A DNA stretch of 64,000 nucleotides, taken from the sequence record OP991903.1, one strand, 5' to 3'. Shown here piece by piece: positions 17,333-26,816 of this stretch. Below the pieces are notes generated by a model that saw nothing but the letters and a program-made list of their open reading frames with translations, was not told where the DNA came from and ran no database searches. The first letter of the stretch is position 1. The number at the start of each line of letters is the position of its first letter. The translations under genes were made by a program, and so were the position numbers.

Positions 17333-19495
17333 ATGAGCCGTTTGCCAAGTGACCGTGATATCGAATTGGACGTGATTGATGTTCTGAAGAAAGACCGTTC
17401 AATGGTTATCGAAATGTATTTCGAAGAAGTGAGCATCGACAAGTTCACTAACCGTGAATTTGACTCGCTGATGAAGTGGGTGATTGATGCGCTGGAATAC
17501 CTGTCCGACGACCGTCAGTTTGACTACAGTCGTCATCTCGCCGGTCTGGTCTTCATGAAAGCCGCCGACTTCGTGTTGAAAGACAAACGTATGTCTGACG
17601 ACCTGAACGACCGCGACTACGATGACGCACGTAAGTTCGTCAAGAAAGCCGAAGACCTGCAAGACGTGCTCTCAGACGCCCGTGGTGGTCGAGGTGGCCG
17701 TGGACGCGGTCGTGACCGCGATGACCGTGACGAACGTGGTCGTCCAAGCGACCGCTTTGGTGGTGGTCAGGAACGTGACCGTAGCAGTGGTCGTGATTAC
17801 GACCGCAGCGCACGTCGCTCTTCCCGTGGTGGTGAAGAACGTGAAGAATTGCGTTCTCGCTTACGTGACCGCCCATTACCAGAAGACCGTGCACCTGCAC
17901 AACCTTCTCGTGTCTCTGACCGTTACAGCCGCGCTGAAGAGCGTCCACGCTCTACCGGTAACACTGTTCTGGATAAAAACCAGGATGCACTGGCACAGAT
18001 GCGTGCGAAGTTGGCAGGTGGTGGCATCACTCAGGAAAAACCGGCTGCCTCTCAACCGGTGCCGGATTTCCCAGACCCGGCTGTTGTTAATCTAGCACCT
18101 GTCGCAGCTCGCGAACCGGAAGCCGTGAAGTTTGTCCACAACGGCCCAAGTCGTATGGGACAACCTGTTCGTGATGCTGCAACGCTGGACCCAGCTAAAG
18201 TGTTGGCGAAGACTGACCGCCCGACCCGTGCACAGTTGATTGAGCTGGGTGCAGACATCGAAAACCCGGAATTCATTGCTACGCTTCCGCGTAAGCCTTT
18301 GGACCCGAACAAACCAAACCTGCCAGTCCTGTACGACCCGACTGTAGTGCGTATGCGCTTAGTGGTGACGGAAGATGGCTATCAGGATGTCGTGTATACT
18401 GAGGTCGACATGAACTACGATGATGCGGTGATTCCTGACTTAGGTCGCCCACAGAGCTACGAGAACGAAGTTGCGCAGATTCGTGCACAGCTGACCAAAG
18501 TAGCTTCTACTTCCCGTTTCCGTCTGAACGATATCGAAGCAGACGAAGAACATCAGCGCAAGGAACACGAGCGCGAAATGAAGGAATGGGAAGAGGCCAA
18601 CGGGCAACTGCCGGAAGAAGAACGCGAACCAATGCCGACCTTCGCTCCGGAACTGCCGTCCCGTAATGGGGATACCGTCCTGTTAAACGGTACGGTCTAT
18701 GGCATGGGCAAGAAAGACCTCACGGTGAAAATGTGGCAGCTGGCAACAGAGAACACCGTTATGGCGGAAGACTCTGACCCAATTACCATTCAGGGTATCA
18801 CCAACGAAATGGAACTGCTGTACGTTGCGCGTACCGATGCGGAGTTCGAAGACCTGAAGCTTCAGCTGATTGACTTCACCTCCAGCAAATGGCACGACGG
18901 CCACAGCTACCAGGAATACCACAAACGTCTGATGGACCTGAAAGGGACCATTGCTCCGGCGTTGTGGGTGGGCATCAACCGTTTGTTCACAGCTGCGGTT
19001 AACCGTGCACTGCAAGGTAACCTGGGTCTGCCATGCTGGATTGACGACTTCGGCGTGGACGGTGTGGAATTCCTCGGTCGTCTGAAAGAAGACTTCGGTG
19101 TGCAAACTGTGGAACGTCTGAACAAGTTCGCCCGTGAATTGATGCGCCAGTTCCACTGCATCGAGTTTGCGGCCGGTGAAGACAACGTTGCAGTTAATCG
19201 TGGCGTGTATCACCGTGAACGTTTCGACACCATCCTGACCAGCTTCTCTACCATGGAACTAGGTCTGATGGCTCCACGTGCTAACGGGAAACCAACGCGT
19301 GTCGCTCGTGTAACCAAAGAAGCCTCTCCGTTGCTGTATAAAGCCATCAACGGGATGCGTCAACACGAAGGTATCGCAGAAGAACTGTTCGCTATCCGCC
19401 GCCGTATCTTGCTGGCTGACGGTGTGGACATGGAAATCTTCGTTAGCTGGTACGACCCAAGCCTGAGCGAATACCTGGTTCGCCTGAGCAACTAA
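17333..19495 (+). CDS. hypothetical protein with R/G/D/S-rich disordered region
   Basis: 720 aa; low-complexity GGRGGRGRGRDRDDRDER segment. Confidence 0.75.
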   Translation: MSRLPSDRDIELDVIDVLKKDRSMVIEMYFEEVSIDKFTNREFDSLMKWVIDALEYLSDDRQFDYSRHLAGLVFMKAADFVLKDKRMSDDLNDRDYDDARKFVKKAEDLQDVLSDARGGRGGRGRGRDRDDRDERGRPSDRFGGGQERDRSSGRDYDRSARRSSRGGEEREELRSRLRDRPLPEDRAPAQPSRVSDRYSRAEERPRSTGNTVLDKNQDALAQMRAKLAGGGITQEKPAASQPVPDFPDPAVVNLAPVAAREPEAVKFVHNGPSRMGQPVRDAATLDPAKVLAKTDRPTRAQLIELGADIENPEFIATLPRKPLDPNKPNLPVLYDPTVVRMRLVVTEDGYQDVVYTEVDMNYDDAVIPDLGRPQSYENEVAQIRAQLTKVASTSRFRLNDIEADEEHQRKEHEREMKEWEEANGQLPEEEREPMPTFAPELPSRNGDTVLLNGTVYGMGKKDLTVKMWQLATENTVMAEDSDPITIQGITNEMELLYVARTDAEFEDLKLQLIDFTSSKWHDGHSYQEYHKRLMDLKGTIAPALWVGINRLFTAAVNRALQGNLGLPCWIDDFGVDGVEFLGRLKEDFGVQTVERLNKFARELMRQFHCIEFAAGEDNVAVNRGVYHRERFDTILTSFSTMELGLMAPRANGKPTRVARVTKEASPLLYKAINGMRQHEGIAEELFAIRRRILLADGVDMEIFVSWYDPSLSEYLVRLSN

Positions 19496-19502
19496 ACCCA
19501 TA

Positions 19503-19531
19503 GCTGGGAGGGTAACCTCCCAGCGTTATGC
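19503..19531 (+). terminator. hairpin followed by TTATGC
   Basis: gctgggagg-gtaa-cctcccagc-gttatgc. Confidence 0.65.
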
Positions 19532-19545
19532 CATCTGGAGAGCAT

Positions 19546-19935
19546 ATGTCAAAACAGCCGGTATTACTCTCCCTGATTGATGACCCTATGGGTAAATTGC
19601 CAGGGGTGACTAACCTGCGTATCGTGCAAGCTGAACAGGAGTTTGTCAACCGCGTTAATGAGTACGTACTTAAGGGACGCACAGCCTACAAACTGATGAA
19701 TGAATATCCTGCCATCTTCAACGGTATTGTAGAGCACGAACGTAAATTCAATCAGGGTCAACGTTTCGACGGGATAGTGCTGCGCAACAGGAACATCAAC
19801 ACCTGCTGCTTGTACTACCTGATGGAAAAGCTTAAAGAAGCGGGCTACGGCTTTGCCTTCTCTGAGCAAAAACGATTGAAGCCTGGGAGTGATGTCTTTA
19901 TCCCAAGTTACATCATCACGTTTGATTTTAAATAA
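19546..19935 (+). CDS. hypothetical protein
   Basis: GGAGA SD, start MSKQPV. Confidence 0.7.
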   Translation: MSKQPVLLSLIDDPMGKLPGVTNLRIVQAEQEFVNRVNEYVLKGRTAYKLMNEYPAIFNGIVEHERKFNQGQRFDGIVLRNRNINTCCLYYLMEKLKEAGYGFAFSEQKRLKPGSDVFIPSYIITFDFK

Positions 19936-19948
19936 GGGGTTGTCCACC

Positions 19949-20575
19949 ATGAGTAGAAAAAATAACAAATCTTCTCAGGGTAAAATCGACACGTCAAAAA
20001 TCAGTAACGTCGTACCCTATCGCATCGCCACGGCTGAGGAAGTTACCGCACCTCGTCCTGAACCCGCATTCTTACCTAAACCTGAGAAGGAACCCGCTAT
20101 GTCTGAAGTGAACCCAATCGTTGCCACTATCTTCGGTAACACGTCCGTTCCCGATTTGATGGCACAGGCCCGCGCTAACAGTTTCTTTGACTCCCCGCGT
20201 TACCTGGACTTCAAACGTTTCTATCAACAGAATCCCCAAGCGGTACTGGGCGTAGTTCGTCAGTGTTTCGATGCCTGGCGTGACAGCTCTTTCGGGATTG
20301 AAGTCGCCGTCCTGGAACAGGATAACCTGTACGTCAAAGACGCTAACCAGTACAAATCTCCGTCACGTGAGGACGACCACTCCTCGCTACTGACCCAGGT
20401 TGCGTACACGCTCTTCGCCCGTAACGAAAAAGAACTCACCGAACTGTTAATGGATGAACCCGATGACGGTCGTGGAATTATGGAAATCGCTGAAACCGCA
20501 CTGCGCGAGCAGAACGTGGATGTGCTGGAGAACCTTCAGTTCTCTCGCTTCTGGCGTGACGTGGCGTACAGCTGA
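19949..20575 (+). CDS. hypothetical protein
   Basis: AAGGGG SD, start MSRKNN. Confidence 0.7.
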   Translation: MSRKNNKSSQGKIDTSKISNVVPYRIATAEEVTAPRPEPAFLPKPEKEPAMSEVNPIVATIFGNTSVPDLMAQARANSFFDSPRYLDFKRFYQQNPQAVLGVVRQCFDAWRDSSFGIEVAVLEQDNLYVKDANQYKSPSREDDHSSLLTQVAYTLFARNEKELTELLMDEPDDGRGIMEIAETALREQNVDVLENLQFSRFWRDVAYS

Positions 20576-20754
20576 TGTCCCCGCGCGCGTTTAGCTACGT
20601 TATGGGGAGTGGGTTCGGTGCATGGATTATCTGTGCGTTGATTATGGTTTCCATTCCTCCTGAGCGGGCAAACGTCCTGTGGCTGTTTGTCCTTATTACG
20701 GTTGTGCCCTTGGTTGTAACGTTGATTGCGCATCGCATCTTCCGTTATCACTAA
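20575..20754 (+). CDS. 59-aa two-transmembrane protein (below the ORF-track cutoff)
   Basis: TGATG overlap with the upstream stop; MSPRAFSYVMGSGFGAWIICALIMVSIPPERANVLWLFVLITVVPLVVTLIAHRIFRYH; terminator follows. Confidence 0.7.
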   Translation: MSPRAFSYVMGSGFGAWIICALIMVSIPPERANVLWLFVLITVVPLVVTLIAHRIFRYH

Positions 20755-20757
20755 GCG

Positions 20758-20807
20758 GCATAAACGCCACCGGGTTTCCCCGGTGGCGTTGCCTTTCTTT
20801 TTTTTTT
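20758..20807. terminator. bidirectional terminator
   Basis: gcata-aacgccaccggg-tttc-cccggtggcgtt plus T tract. Confidence 0.85.
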
Positions 20808-20809
20808 CG

Positions 20810-23587
20810 TTATGGCGTTGGTTCCGTGTCCCCTGCTGGTTCCTGTGCAGGTTCTTCTTCTGCCGCCATGTCCGCTTCCCCGGTGGTATCGGTGTCTGTC
20901 TCATCCGGAGACTCTTCCGCATCGGTATCCCCACCGTCATCGAACTCATCCATTCCTGGTGGCTCGCTGTCGAAGTCGAACTCGTCATCCCCGCTGTCGT
21001 CACTGCTGTCAGCCGAAGATGAAGAGTCCGCACTGGCTCCTGCGCTACCAATCGCCTCGGCGTAATCCGGGTTCTTGGATTGCAGCATTTCCAGATACTT
21101 CTCACGACGCAGTTTCACCGCTGAACCCCAATCCCCCAGGTTGTTCATGATGTTCGTCATGTGCACCATGTACTCTTTGGAGAGGTCGAGTGACGGATTG
21201 TCCTCGGTACCTTTACGCACCAGTTCCTGCAACTCAGGTAAGATATCCTCACGCGCCATGTACTCGCGCATCATGTACGACTTAATGGAGTTCACCATCA
21301 GGTCAACGTGAGAACTGTCTTCATCTGCCATTGCGCCGCCCAACAGTTCGTTGGTCACGTAATGACGGATACCTTCGTCAAGTAGGCCGGAGTACTTGTT
21401 CATTTCTTCCAGCTGCGTCTGGTACTTGGTACTGGACGGCGTTGGCAATTCGAGCATGAGGTCTTCCATGAAGTCTTCAATCAGCTCTTGGTGCCGGATA
21501 ACGTTACCCTGTGATTCCGTTATCTTGTACTTCTCTGGAAGCTTATCTTTAATCCCGTCGATTTCCTGCTGCAAGCGCTTAATCAATTCGCCGGACGACA
21601 GGGTATATGCCGTGACCAGTTTCTTCCCATGGCGACACGTCGCCTGTTGGATAGTTTTGATACGCTTAGCGAACAGTTGGTTTGATGTCCAGCGGGTAAT
21701 CGCGAAATCACCTTGCTGCGTCATGTCCACCATGTCAGGGGTAACGAACAGGCCCATGTACTGCTGGGTTTTCAGTTCGTTGGTAAACTCCGGGTCAATC
21801 ATTTGTTTCTGCGACTGGTAAGAGTCAACCTGTACCGTGGTGTTCGGGATACGGTCGTTACCGGTCACTTCAAAGTTCACGCCCATCTGACGAATGGTAC
21901 GGAACATCTCAGCTGCCGAGGTCACGTCAGTTGGACTGGCGTTAGACTGGCCACGGAGATACTCGTCCATCAGGATATGGTAATCCTTTTCCGGGTCCGG
22001 AGAACGCGGGTCGATGTTGAGTGTAACTTTGGTACGGCCCACGGCGTTGGCAATCGCCGACATGAAGTTCGCAAACGTGGTCATGACACGCAGGGTACTG
22101 ACCTGCTTCACGTCATCCAGCAGGGATTTACCCATACCGTTCTTGTCGTAGTCGTACGCGAAGTACGCGACCTGTTCGGCTGGGATGAACACCAGGTGGA
22201 TGTGGTTGTTTGCGAAGTGGCGAGCCAACATCACCTTGTAGAAGGATTCGTTGTCACCGAGCTTCACGTTGTGCCCGTAGATACCCGACTTGATACGGTT
22301 CAGGATGTTCTCTTCGTACACCTGAGTGAAGAGACGCAAACGTTCCGCAGCGGACTGCTTGTCCATGTCGACGTTGTAACCCGACTGAAGAATCTGCGTT
22401 TGCTGAATCAACGTCGAGGTCAGGTTCATCGCCTGTTGGTTATCCAGGTTCCCCATGCCCTTCGAGATGTTTTGTTTCATCTCTTCCATGACATCAATTG
22501 GGTGACCGTTCTCATCAATCGCCCCGATGTAACCCAGGTGTTTCTCTTCTTCCCCCGGGACATACGCCGGAACCAGGGAGTCGGAGGACCACTTCATGAC
22601 CATTGGGTGACCGATTGAGGAGCGGGAAGCAGAATGTGCCGCGGACATGATTTCCACGTTCTTTACCTGACTGCGACCGTTCGTTTGTTTGTACAACGTT
22701 CCTGCTAACGTACGGATTTGTGCCTGGTTACTTTCCGTAGCGACCGACCGGTTCGCCTGATACAACCGCGCCATCTGAGCATTACGCAACATGCGGGCAC
22801 GTGTGCGCTCTTTTAGTATGGGAACCGTCAGGATTTCGATATTGTCGGTGATGGTAGCCATGCTGTTGAAGCGCGTGTTCGTGGCGGACGCCTGGATAGT
22901 AAAGGCGGACTCCAGTGACACTTTCTTCTGCGCAGCGTGGGCATCAAACGGAATACGTTTATTGTCTTTCCAGCCAGCCATTACCGGACCCAGGAAACCT
23001 TGGGGACGGAACGTCAGGCGGTCAGCGTCCAGACGGGAGTTAATATAGTCTTCGGTGCTGACGCGCTGAGTGGTTCCGTTAATCATGTCGTCGACCGCGG
23101 CTTCGGGAACCACCACGCGGATGGAGGCACCTTGGTCGAAGAGCGCTTCGCCGACGGCCAACGGTAACACTTCGTTGAGGTCGTAGTAACTGGTGAAGTG
23201 CGAACGGATGACTTCCAGCAACGGGTTATAGACCACCCCTGGGAGTTCCGTGGATTCCGCCATTTTAAAGGTTACGCCGCCGGAGTCCATGTCAATCGGT
23301 GACATGACGATGGAGGTAATCAGGCTTTTAATCAGCTTGATGTCCGGCTGCAAGTTCATGATAGTTTCGGCGTCAAGGTTCTTCCGCCCGCGGCGGTTGA
23401 TGATGACGTCAAAGATGCTTTCGTTCGGTACGTCGACACCGTGGCCAGGTTTGTTCTGTCCGCTGTAGCGGTCAGCAATCATTTTGGAGGCGACGACAGC
23501 TGCGCGCGGGTTACGGTGGAAGAAGTCGGTGTTCTGACTTTTTACCCGTACCGACGTTGGCGCAACTTTATTTTTCTTGTAGCCCAT
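20810..23587 (-). CDS. portal protein (phiKZ gp129-like)
   Basis: 925 aa; motifs GMGKSLL, AVGRTKVTLNID, acidic C-tail; divergent from the gp128-like gene as in phiKZ. Confidence 0.8.
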   Translation of the reverse strand: MGYKKNKVAPTSVRVKSQNTDFFHRNPRAAVVASKMIADRYSGQNKPGHGVDVPNESIFDVIINRRGRKNLDAETIMNLQPDIKLIKSLITSIVMSPIDMDSGGVTFKMAESTELPGVVYNPLLEVIRSHFTSYYDLNEVLPLAVGEALFDQGASIRVVVPEAAVDDMINGTTQRVSTEDYINSRLDADRLTFRPQGFLGPVMAGWKDNKRIPFDAHAAQKKVSLESAFTIQASATNTRFNSMATITDNIEILTVPILKERTRARMLRNAQMARLYQANRSVATESNQAQIRTLAGTLYKQTNGRSQVKNVEIMSAAHSASRSSIGHPMVMKWSSDSLVPAYVPGEEEKHLGYIGAIDENGHPIDVMEEMKQNISKGMGNLDNQQAMNLTSTLIQQTQILQSGYNVDMDKQSAAERLRLFTQVYEENILNRIKSGIYGHNVKLGDNESFYKVMLARHFANNHIHLVFIPAEQVAYFAYDYDKNGMGKSLLDDVKQVSTLRVMTTFANFMSAIANAVGRTKVTLNIDPRSPDPEKDYHILMDEYLRGQSNASPTDVTSAAEMFRTIRQMGVNFEVTGNDRIPNTTVQVDSYQSQKQMIDPEFTNELKTQQYMGLFVTPDMVDMTQQGDFAITRWTSNQLFAKRIKTIQQATCRHGKKLVTAYTLSSGELIKRLQQEIDGIKDKLPEKYKITESQGNVIRHQELIEDFMEDLMLELPTPSSTKYQTQLEEMNKYSGLLDEGIRHYVTNELLGGAMADEDSSHVDLMVNSIKSYMMREYMAREDILPELQELVRKGTEDNPSLDLSKEYMVHMTNIMNNLGDWGSAVKLRREKYLEMLQSKNPDYAEAIGSAGASADSSSSADSSDDSGDDEFDFDSEPPGMDEFDDGGDTDAEESPDETDTDTTGEADMAAEEEPAQEPAGDTEPTP

Positions 23588-23628
23588 ACTGGTCCTCTTT
23601 CTCTTTAACCGCTTTTCAGGAGTCGGCC

Positions 23629-25872
23629 ATGGCAGACACCACTCAAGTGCTATATCGGAGTAATGTTCTCCAGTTAGCGCGTTCGATAACGCTCAAGTTC
23701 GCGGCCAACTCCGACGCGCAGAACAAATCGTACTTAGAACTCAAAGGTGTTGACTTTTCGGAACTTCCGCTCAATCAACAGCCCTACTATAAACATTTGG
23801 CGGGACAATACGTTGACGGTATAGACGAGGTGATGACTGTCGTCTCCCTCGATACGCTGGAGGAAATCCCGTTCACATATGATAGCCTTCAGGTACACCG
23901 CGCCACGGCGAAGGCCTACAGCATTGATTCCGACTACCACCGTGCCTTGATGGAGCGCTACCCGGACCAGAAAGATTTGATTCGCGGGATTATCAATCCG
24001 GTGGATATCAATGTGGCGGTAGCAGCCGATGACTTCTCCATCCTTGCCTGGGACACCAGTTTGGTGGAGTCACAAGAATCTAACCTGATGTTCGAACTCC
24101 AGAAGTGGGTAAAGGGGTTCGCGACCCGGTGGTGGATGTCGCGCATTGGTTTCAACCAAAGCATGTACCCGGCGTCCTTCTGGATAACGTTGTTCATGCA
24201 GATGGGTCCCGCAATACTCAACATCCGGTTGGCCAACTGCGGTACCCGTTTCGTGCACAGTTACCACATCTGGGCGTACCTCGGTTCCCACGGCAGGTTG
24301 CACCTTTATAAGGACTACCTGACCACCAAGCAGGCGTTACATTTATACCGTAACATTGCGTGGTACGAGAATAACGCCGGGAAGTCGGAAACGTTCAAGG
24401 AGTTGATTACCAACATCCTGACGGAACGCAATATCCCGCTGGCGGCTTACGAACTTTGGCAGAACGCGGCAAACATTCCGTCGGAGATTCTCCCGGAAAT
24501 GGAAGTGGCGAAGATTCCACTGAACAGTTTGGCTGCGTCTGCAACCGGGGTCGAGAAAACCACCATTGCGGCTGTACTCCGTGCCCAGGTCCCCATGGCG
24601 CGTGACAACAGTGATTACCTGGAAGCTCAGCTGTCTGATGTCCCGGTCCGTGCCAGCTCCACCTACGTGTCAACACTGCCGACCAAGGTCGTGAAGTCCG
24701 AGATGATTGACAATACGGATTCCACGCCTGTGAAGCTCGTAGAGACCATCTACAACGAATGGGTGTGGTTGGTTACCCAAGACCGCTACATCGCCACTGT
24801 GGCGCTGGAGAACCCCTTAACGCAGACGTCTATCACGTTAACGGCTAAGCAGGCGTTGGTGTTGTGGACTTACTTCCTGTTGAAGGAGTACGAGCTACCT
24901 ACGGACGTGATTCCAACGGTTCTCTGTCAGGGTGTCATGCGGGTGATGGCTCCGAAGTACACCGAGTTGGTTGCTGATACTGACATGACGGTCTTGACCC
25001 CGACGATGGTAATGTTGGCGTTAACAGAACACACCCCGGTTGGGAAGATTATCTCGACGGAAGAGTTCTACAAGACGATGGTACAGATTCACGGAAACCG
25101 GTTAGCGCATCGGGTCTTGTACTCGACGCAGGAAGACCCGGTTCGTCGCGGTTACCTGGAACGGTTGACGCAACAGTTCTACTTCGACACCCGTGTGGCG
25201 ATTGTGGATGACCCAACCAAAACGTACGACCAGTGGTTGGCGGAAAACCAGCTGGACTTCTCCAATTTCAAAACCGCAGACTTTGCGGCGATTGGGGAGA
25301 CGTTGTTTGCTCTGGTTACCGGGATGAGTCTGAAACACGTGGCGTCCTTGAAAGAGATTCAAGCGGCGATGCTCGGGATTGTCAGTCAGTTGTCCTCGTA
25401 CAGTATCCAGTTCCTGAAAGAAATCAACGACGGCCCGTACATGGTTCCTGACCGGTTAGCGATGCGCTTCAATGTGAAGAGCGAAGAAAGCTGGCAGCAC
25501 CTGTACCTTGACAACTCCGTTCGGTTCTTTGAAGAGACCAACGAGCACACGTCGATGCGCATTGAACTCCCTATTGCCAACAGTCCACTGCTGAGCAACA
25601 TCGGGATGAAGTCGCACCTCAATGTGCGGATTGGTGGCGGTACCGGTATTAAGGTGTCCCCTATCTCGGAAACCCGTCATCGGATGTACATGCCGGGAGT
25701 ACGGTTTAATCTGGTGCTCGACCCAACCATCCCGGACGTCATGGACCGCCATCGTCTAAACGGGTTAAAGGTTTATCCGGCCACCGGCGAAGAGCCAAAC
25801 TTCGTGGTAGACAACACCCGTTTAACCGGCCTCAAACTAATTAAAGTCACCGACACCGGTGATGACGACTAA
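23629..25872 (+). CDS. virion structural/baseplate protein (phiKZ gp128-like)
   Basis: PYYKHLAGQY, RYPDQKDLIRGI, HSYHIWAYLGSHG motifs; AGGAG SD. Confidence 0.65.
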   Translation: MADTTQVLYRSNVLQLARSITLKFAANSDAQNKSYLELKGVDFSELPLNQQPYYKHLAGQYVDGIDEVMTVVSLDTLEEIPFTYDSLQVHRATAKAYSIDSDYHRALMERYPDQKDLIRGIINPVDINVAVAADDFSILAWDTSLVESQESNLMFELQKWVKGFATRWWMSRIGFNQSMYPASFWITLFMQMGPAILNIRLANCGTRFVHSYHIWAYLGSHGRLHLYKDYLTTKQALHLYRNIAWYENNAGKSETFKELITNILTERNIPLAAYELWQNAANIPSEILPEMEVAKIPLNSLAASATGVEKTTIAAVLRAQVPMARDNSDYLEAQLSDVPVRASSTYVSTLPTKVVKSEMIDNTDSTPVKLVETIYNEWVWLVTQDRYIATVALENPLTQTSITLTAKQALVLWTYFLLKEYELPTDVIPTVLCQGVMRVMAPKYTELVADTDMTVLTPTMVMLALTEHTPVGKIISTEEFYKTMVQIHGNRLAHRVLYSTQEDPVRRGYLERLTQQFYFDTRVAIVDDPTKTYDQWLAENQLDFSNFKTADFAAIGETLFALVTGMSLKHVASLKEIQAAMLGIVSQLSSYSIQFLKEINDGPYMVPDRLAMRFNVKSEESWQHLYLDNSVRFFEETNEHTSMRIELPIANSPLLSNIGMKSHLNVRIGGGTGIKVSPISETRHRMYMPGVRFNLVLDPTIPDVMDRHRLNGLKVYPATGEEPNFVVDNTRLTGLKLIKVTDTGDDD

Positions 25873-25889
25873 CTAAATGGAGTCAAACG

Positions 25890-26738
25890 ATGACTGCCGA
25901 TGGCTACTACAATCTACCCACGTGGCAACTCTTTTTCCGCCAGTTGAAGTTGGATAACCCCAACATTAACTTCACCGCTGAAGAAGTGAAGCTGATTGAT
26001 ATCACACCGTTCATTACCTCCGATACGGAAGTGAATACCAAGTCCACTTTGATTGGTGTTCCGGAGTACGGGCGTGAAGGTACCTGGGAACTGACCCACA
26101 ACCGTCCTGACATCGGCGTCATCTTTGCCGACGTTGAGGTTTGGGTGGCACCGCAAGGGCAAACCCAGAAGTCTGAACTGTTATCGGACATCAATGCACG
26201 CTTTGGGTTCCAGTTAACGGCCGCTGACATCTACGACGGTTACCTGAATCCGCAGCTGGTGCCATACGCCGTTGACCTCGTGGTGCGTGAGAACAACCCG
26301 GCGTTTACCGGGAAGCTCACCGTACATATCGGTCGCCGTAAGCTCCAGTTGGAAACCGTGATGACAAACCATCAGCTGGCCGGGATTAACTACCCAACCA
26401 TGCAGACGGTGAAGATTCAAGGTCCGTTGTTCCTGTACGGGTTCGACTTCTCGTACGCCTACGATGAACTGCAAGCCTTGTTCCCACAAGGACAGGAAAT
26501 CATCGGGGAAACGCTGGACTCCTTTAACCGCAAGGTGGAAACGCCATGGGTTAATGAGGTAACACCACAGGACTGGAACCTGCGTGGTTCACTGGTAACG
26601 TGGAACGGTCTGATTAGCGGAGCCCCGGTTCCAGCGAACAGTACCTGGTACACGCACTGTGTAGTTATCAGTCTTGACGAGAACATGTGCGACAACGTTG
26701 CCGGGTATCTGGTGTTGCATTACAACTTGCCGTCATAG
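25890..26738 (+). CDS. virion tail-associated protein (phiKZ gp130/131 N-domain-like)
   Basis: Shares its N-terminal domain pattern with the 27759 protein; structural operon. Confidence 0.55.
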   Translation: MTADGYYNLPTWQLFFRQLKLDNPNINFTAEEVKLIDITPFITSDTEVNTKSTLIGVPEYGREGTWELTHNRPDIGVIFADVEVWVAPQGQTQKSELLSDINARFGFQLTAADIYDGYLNPQLVPYAVDLVVRENNPAFTGKLTVHIGRRKLQLETVMTNHQLAGINYPTMQTVKIQGPLFLYGFDFSYAYDELQALFPQGQEIIGETLDSFNRKVETPWVNEVTPQDWNLRGSLVTWNGLISGAPVPANSTWYTHCVVISLDENMCDNVAGYLVLHYNLPS

Positions 26739-26742
26739 CCCT

Positions 26743-26780
26743 AAGAGCCGGTGGGAGAGCATCCCACCGGTTTCTTATGT
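26743..26780 (+). terminator. hairpin followed by TTATGT (terminator / late promoter)
   Basis: aagagccggtggga-gagca-tcccaccggtttctt-atgt. Confidence 0.65.
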
Positions 26781-26816
26781 GTCTACCCTTTAATAAGCAA
26801 CCCGGAGAATACTCTG

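Noticed and set aside
20536-21105. ORFs 20536-21105 (-), 20679-21065 (+) and 20726-21022 (+)
   Set aside because: They cross a bidirectional terminator and arise from the low-complexity portal tail; the 59-aa coupled ORF explains the region better.
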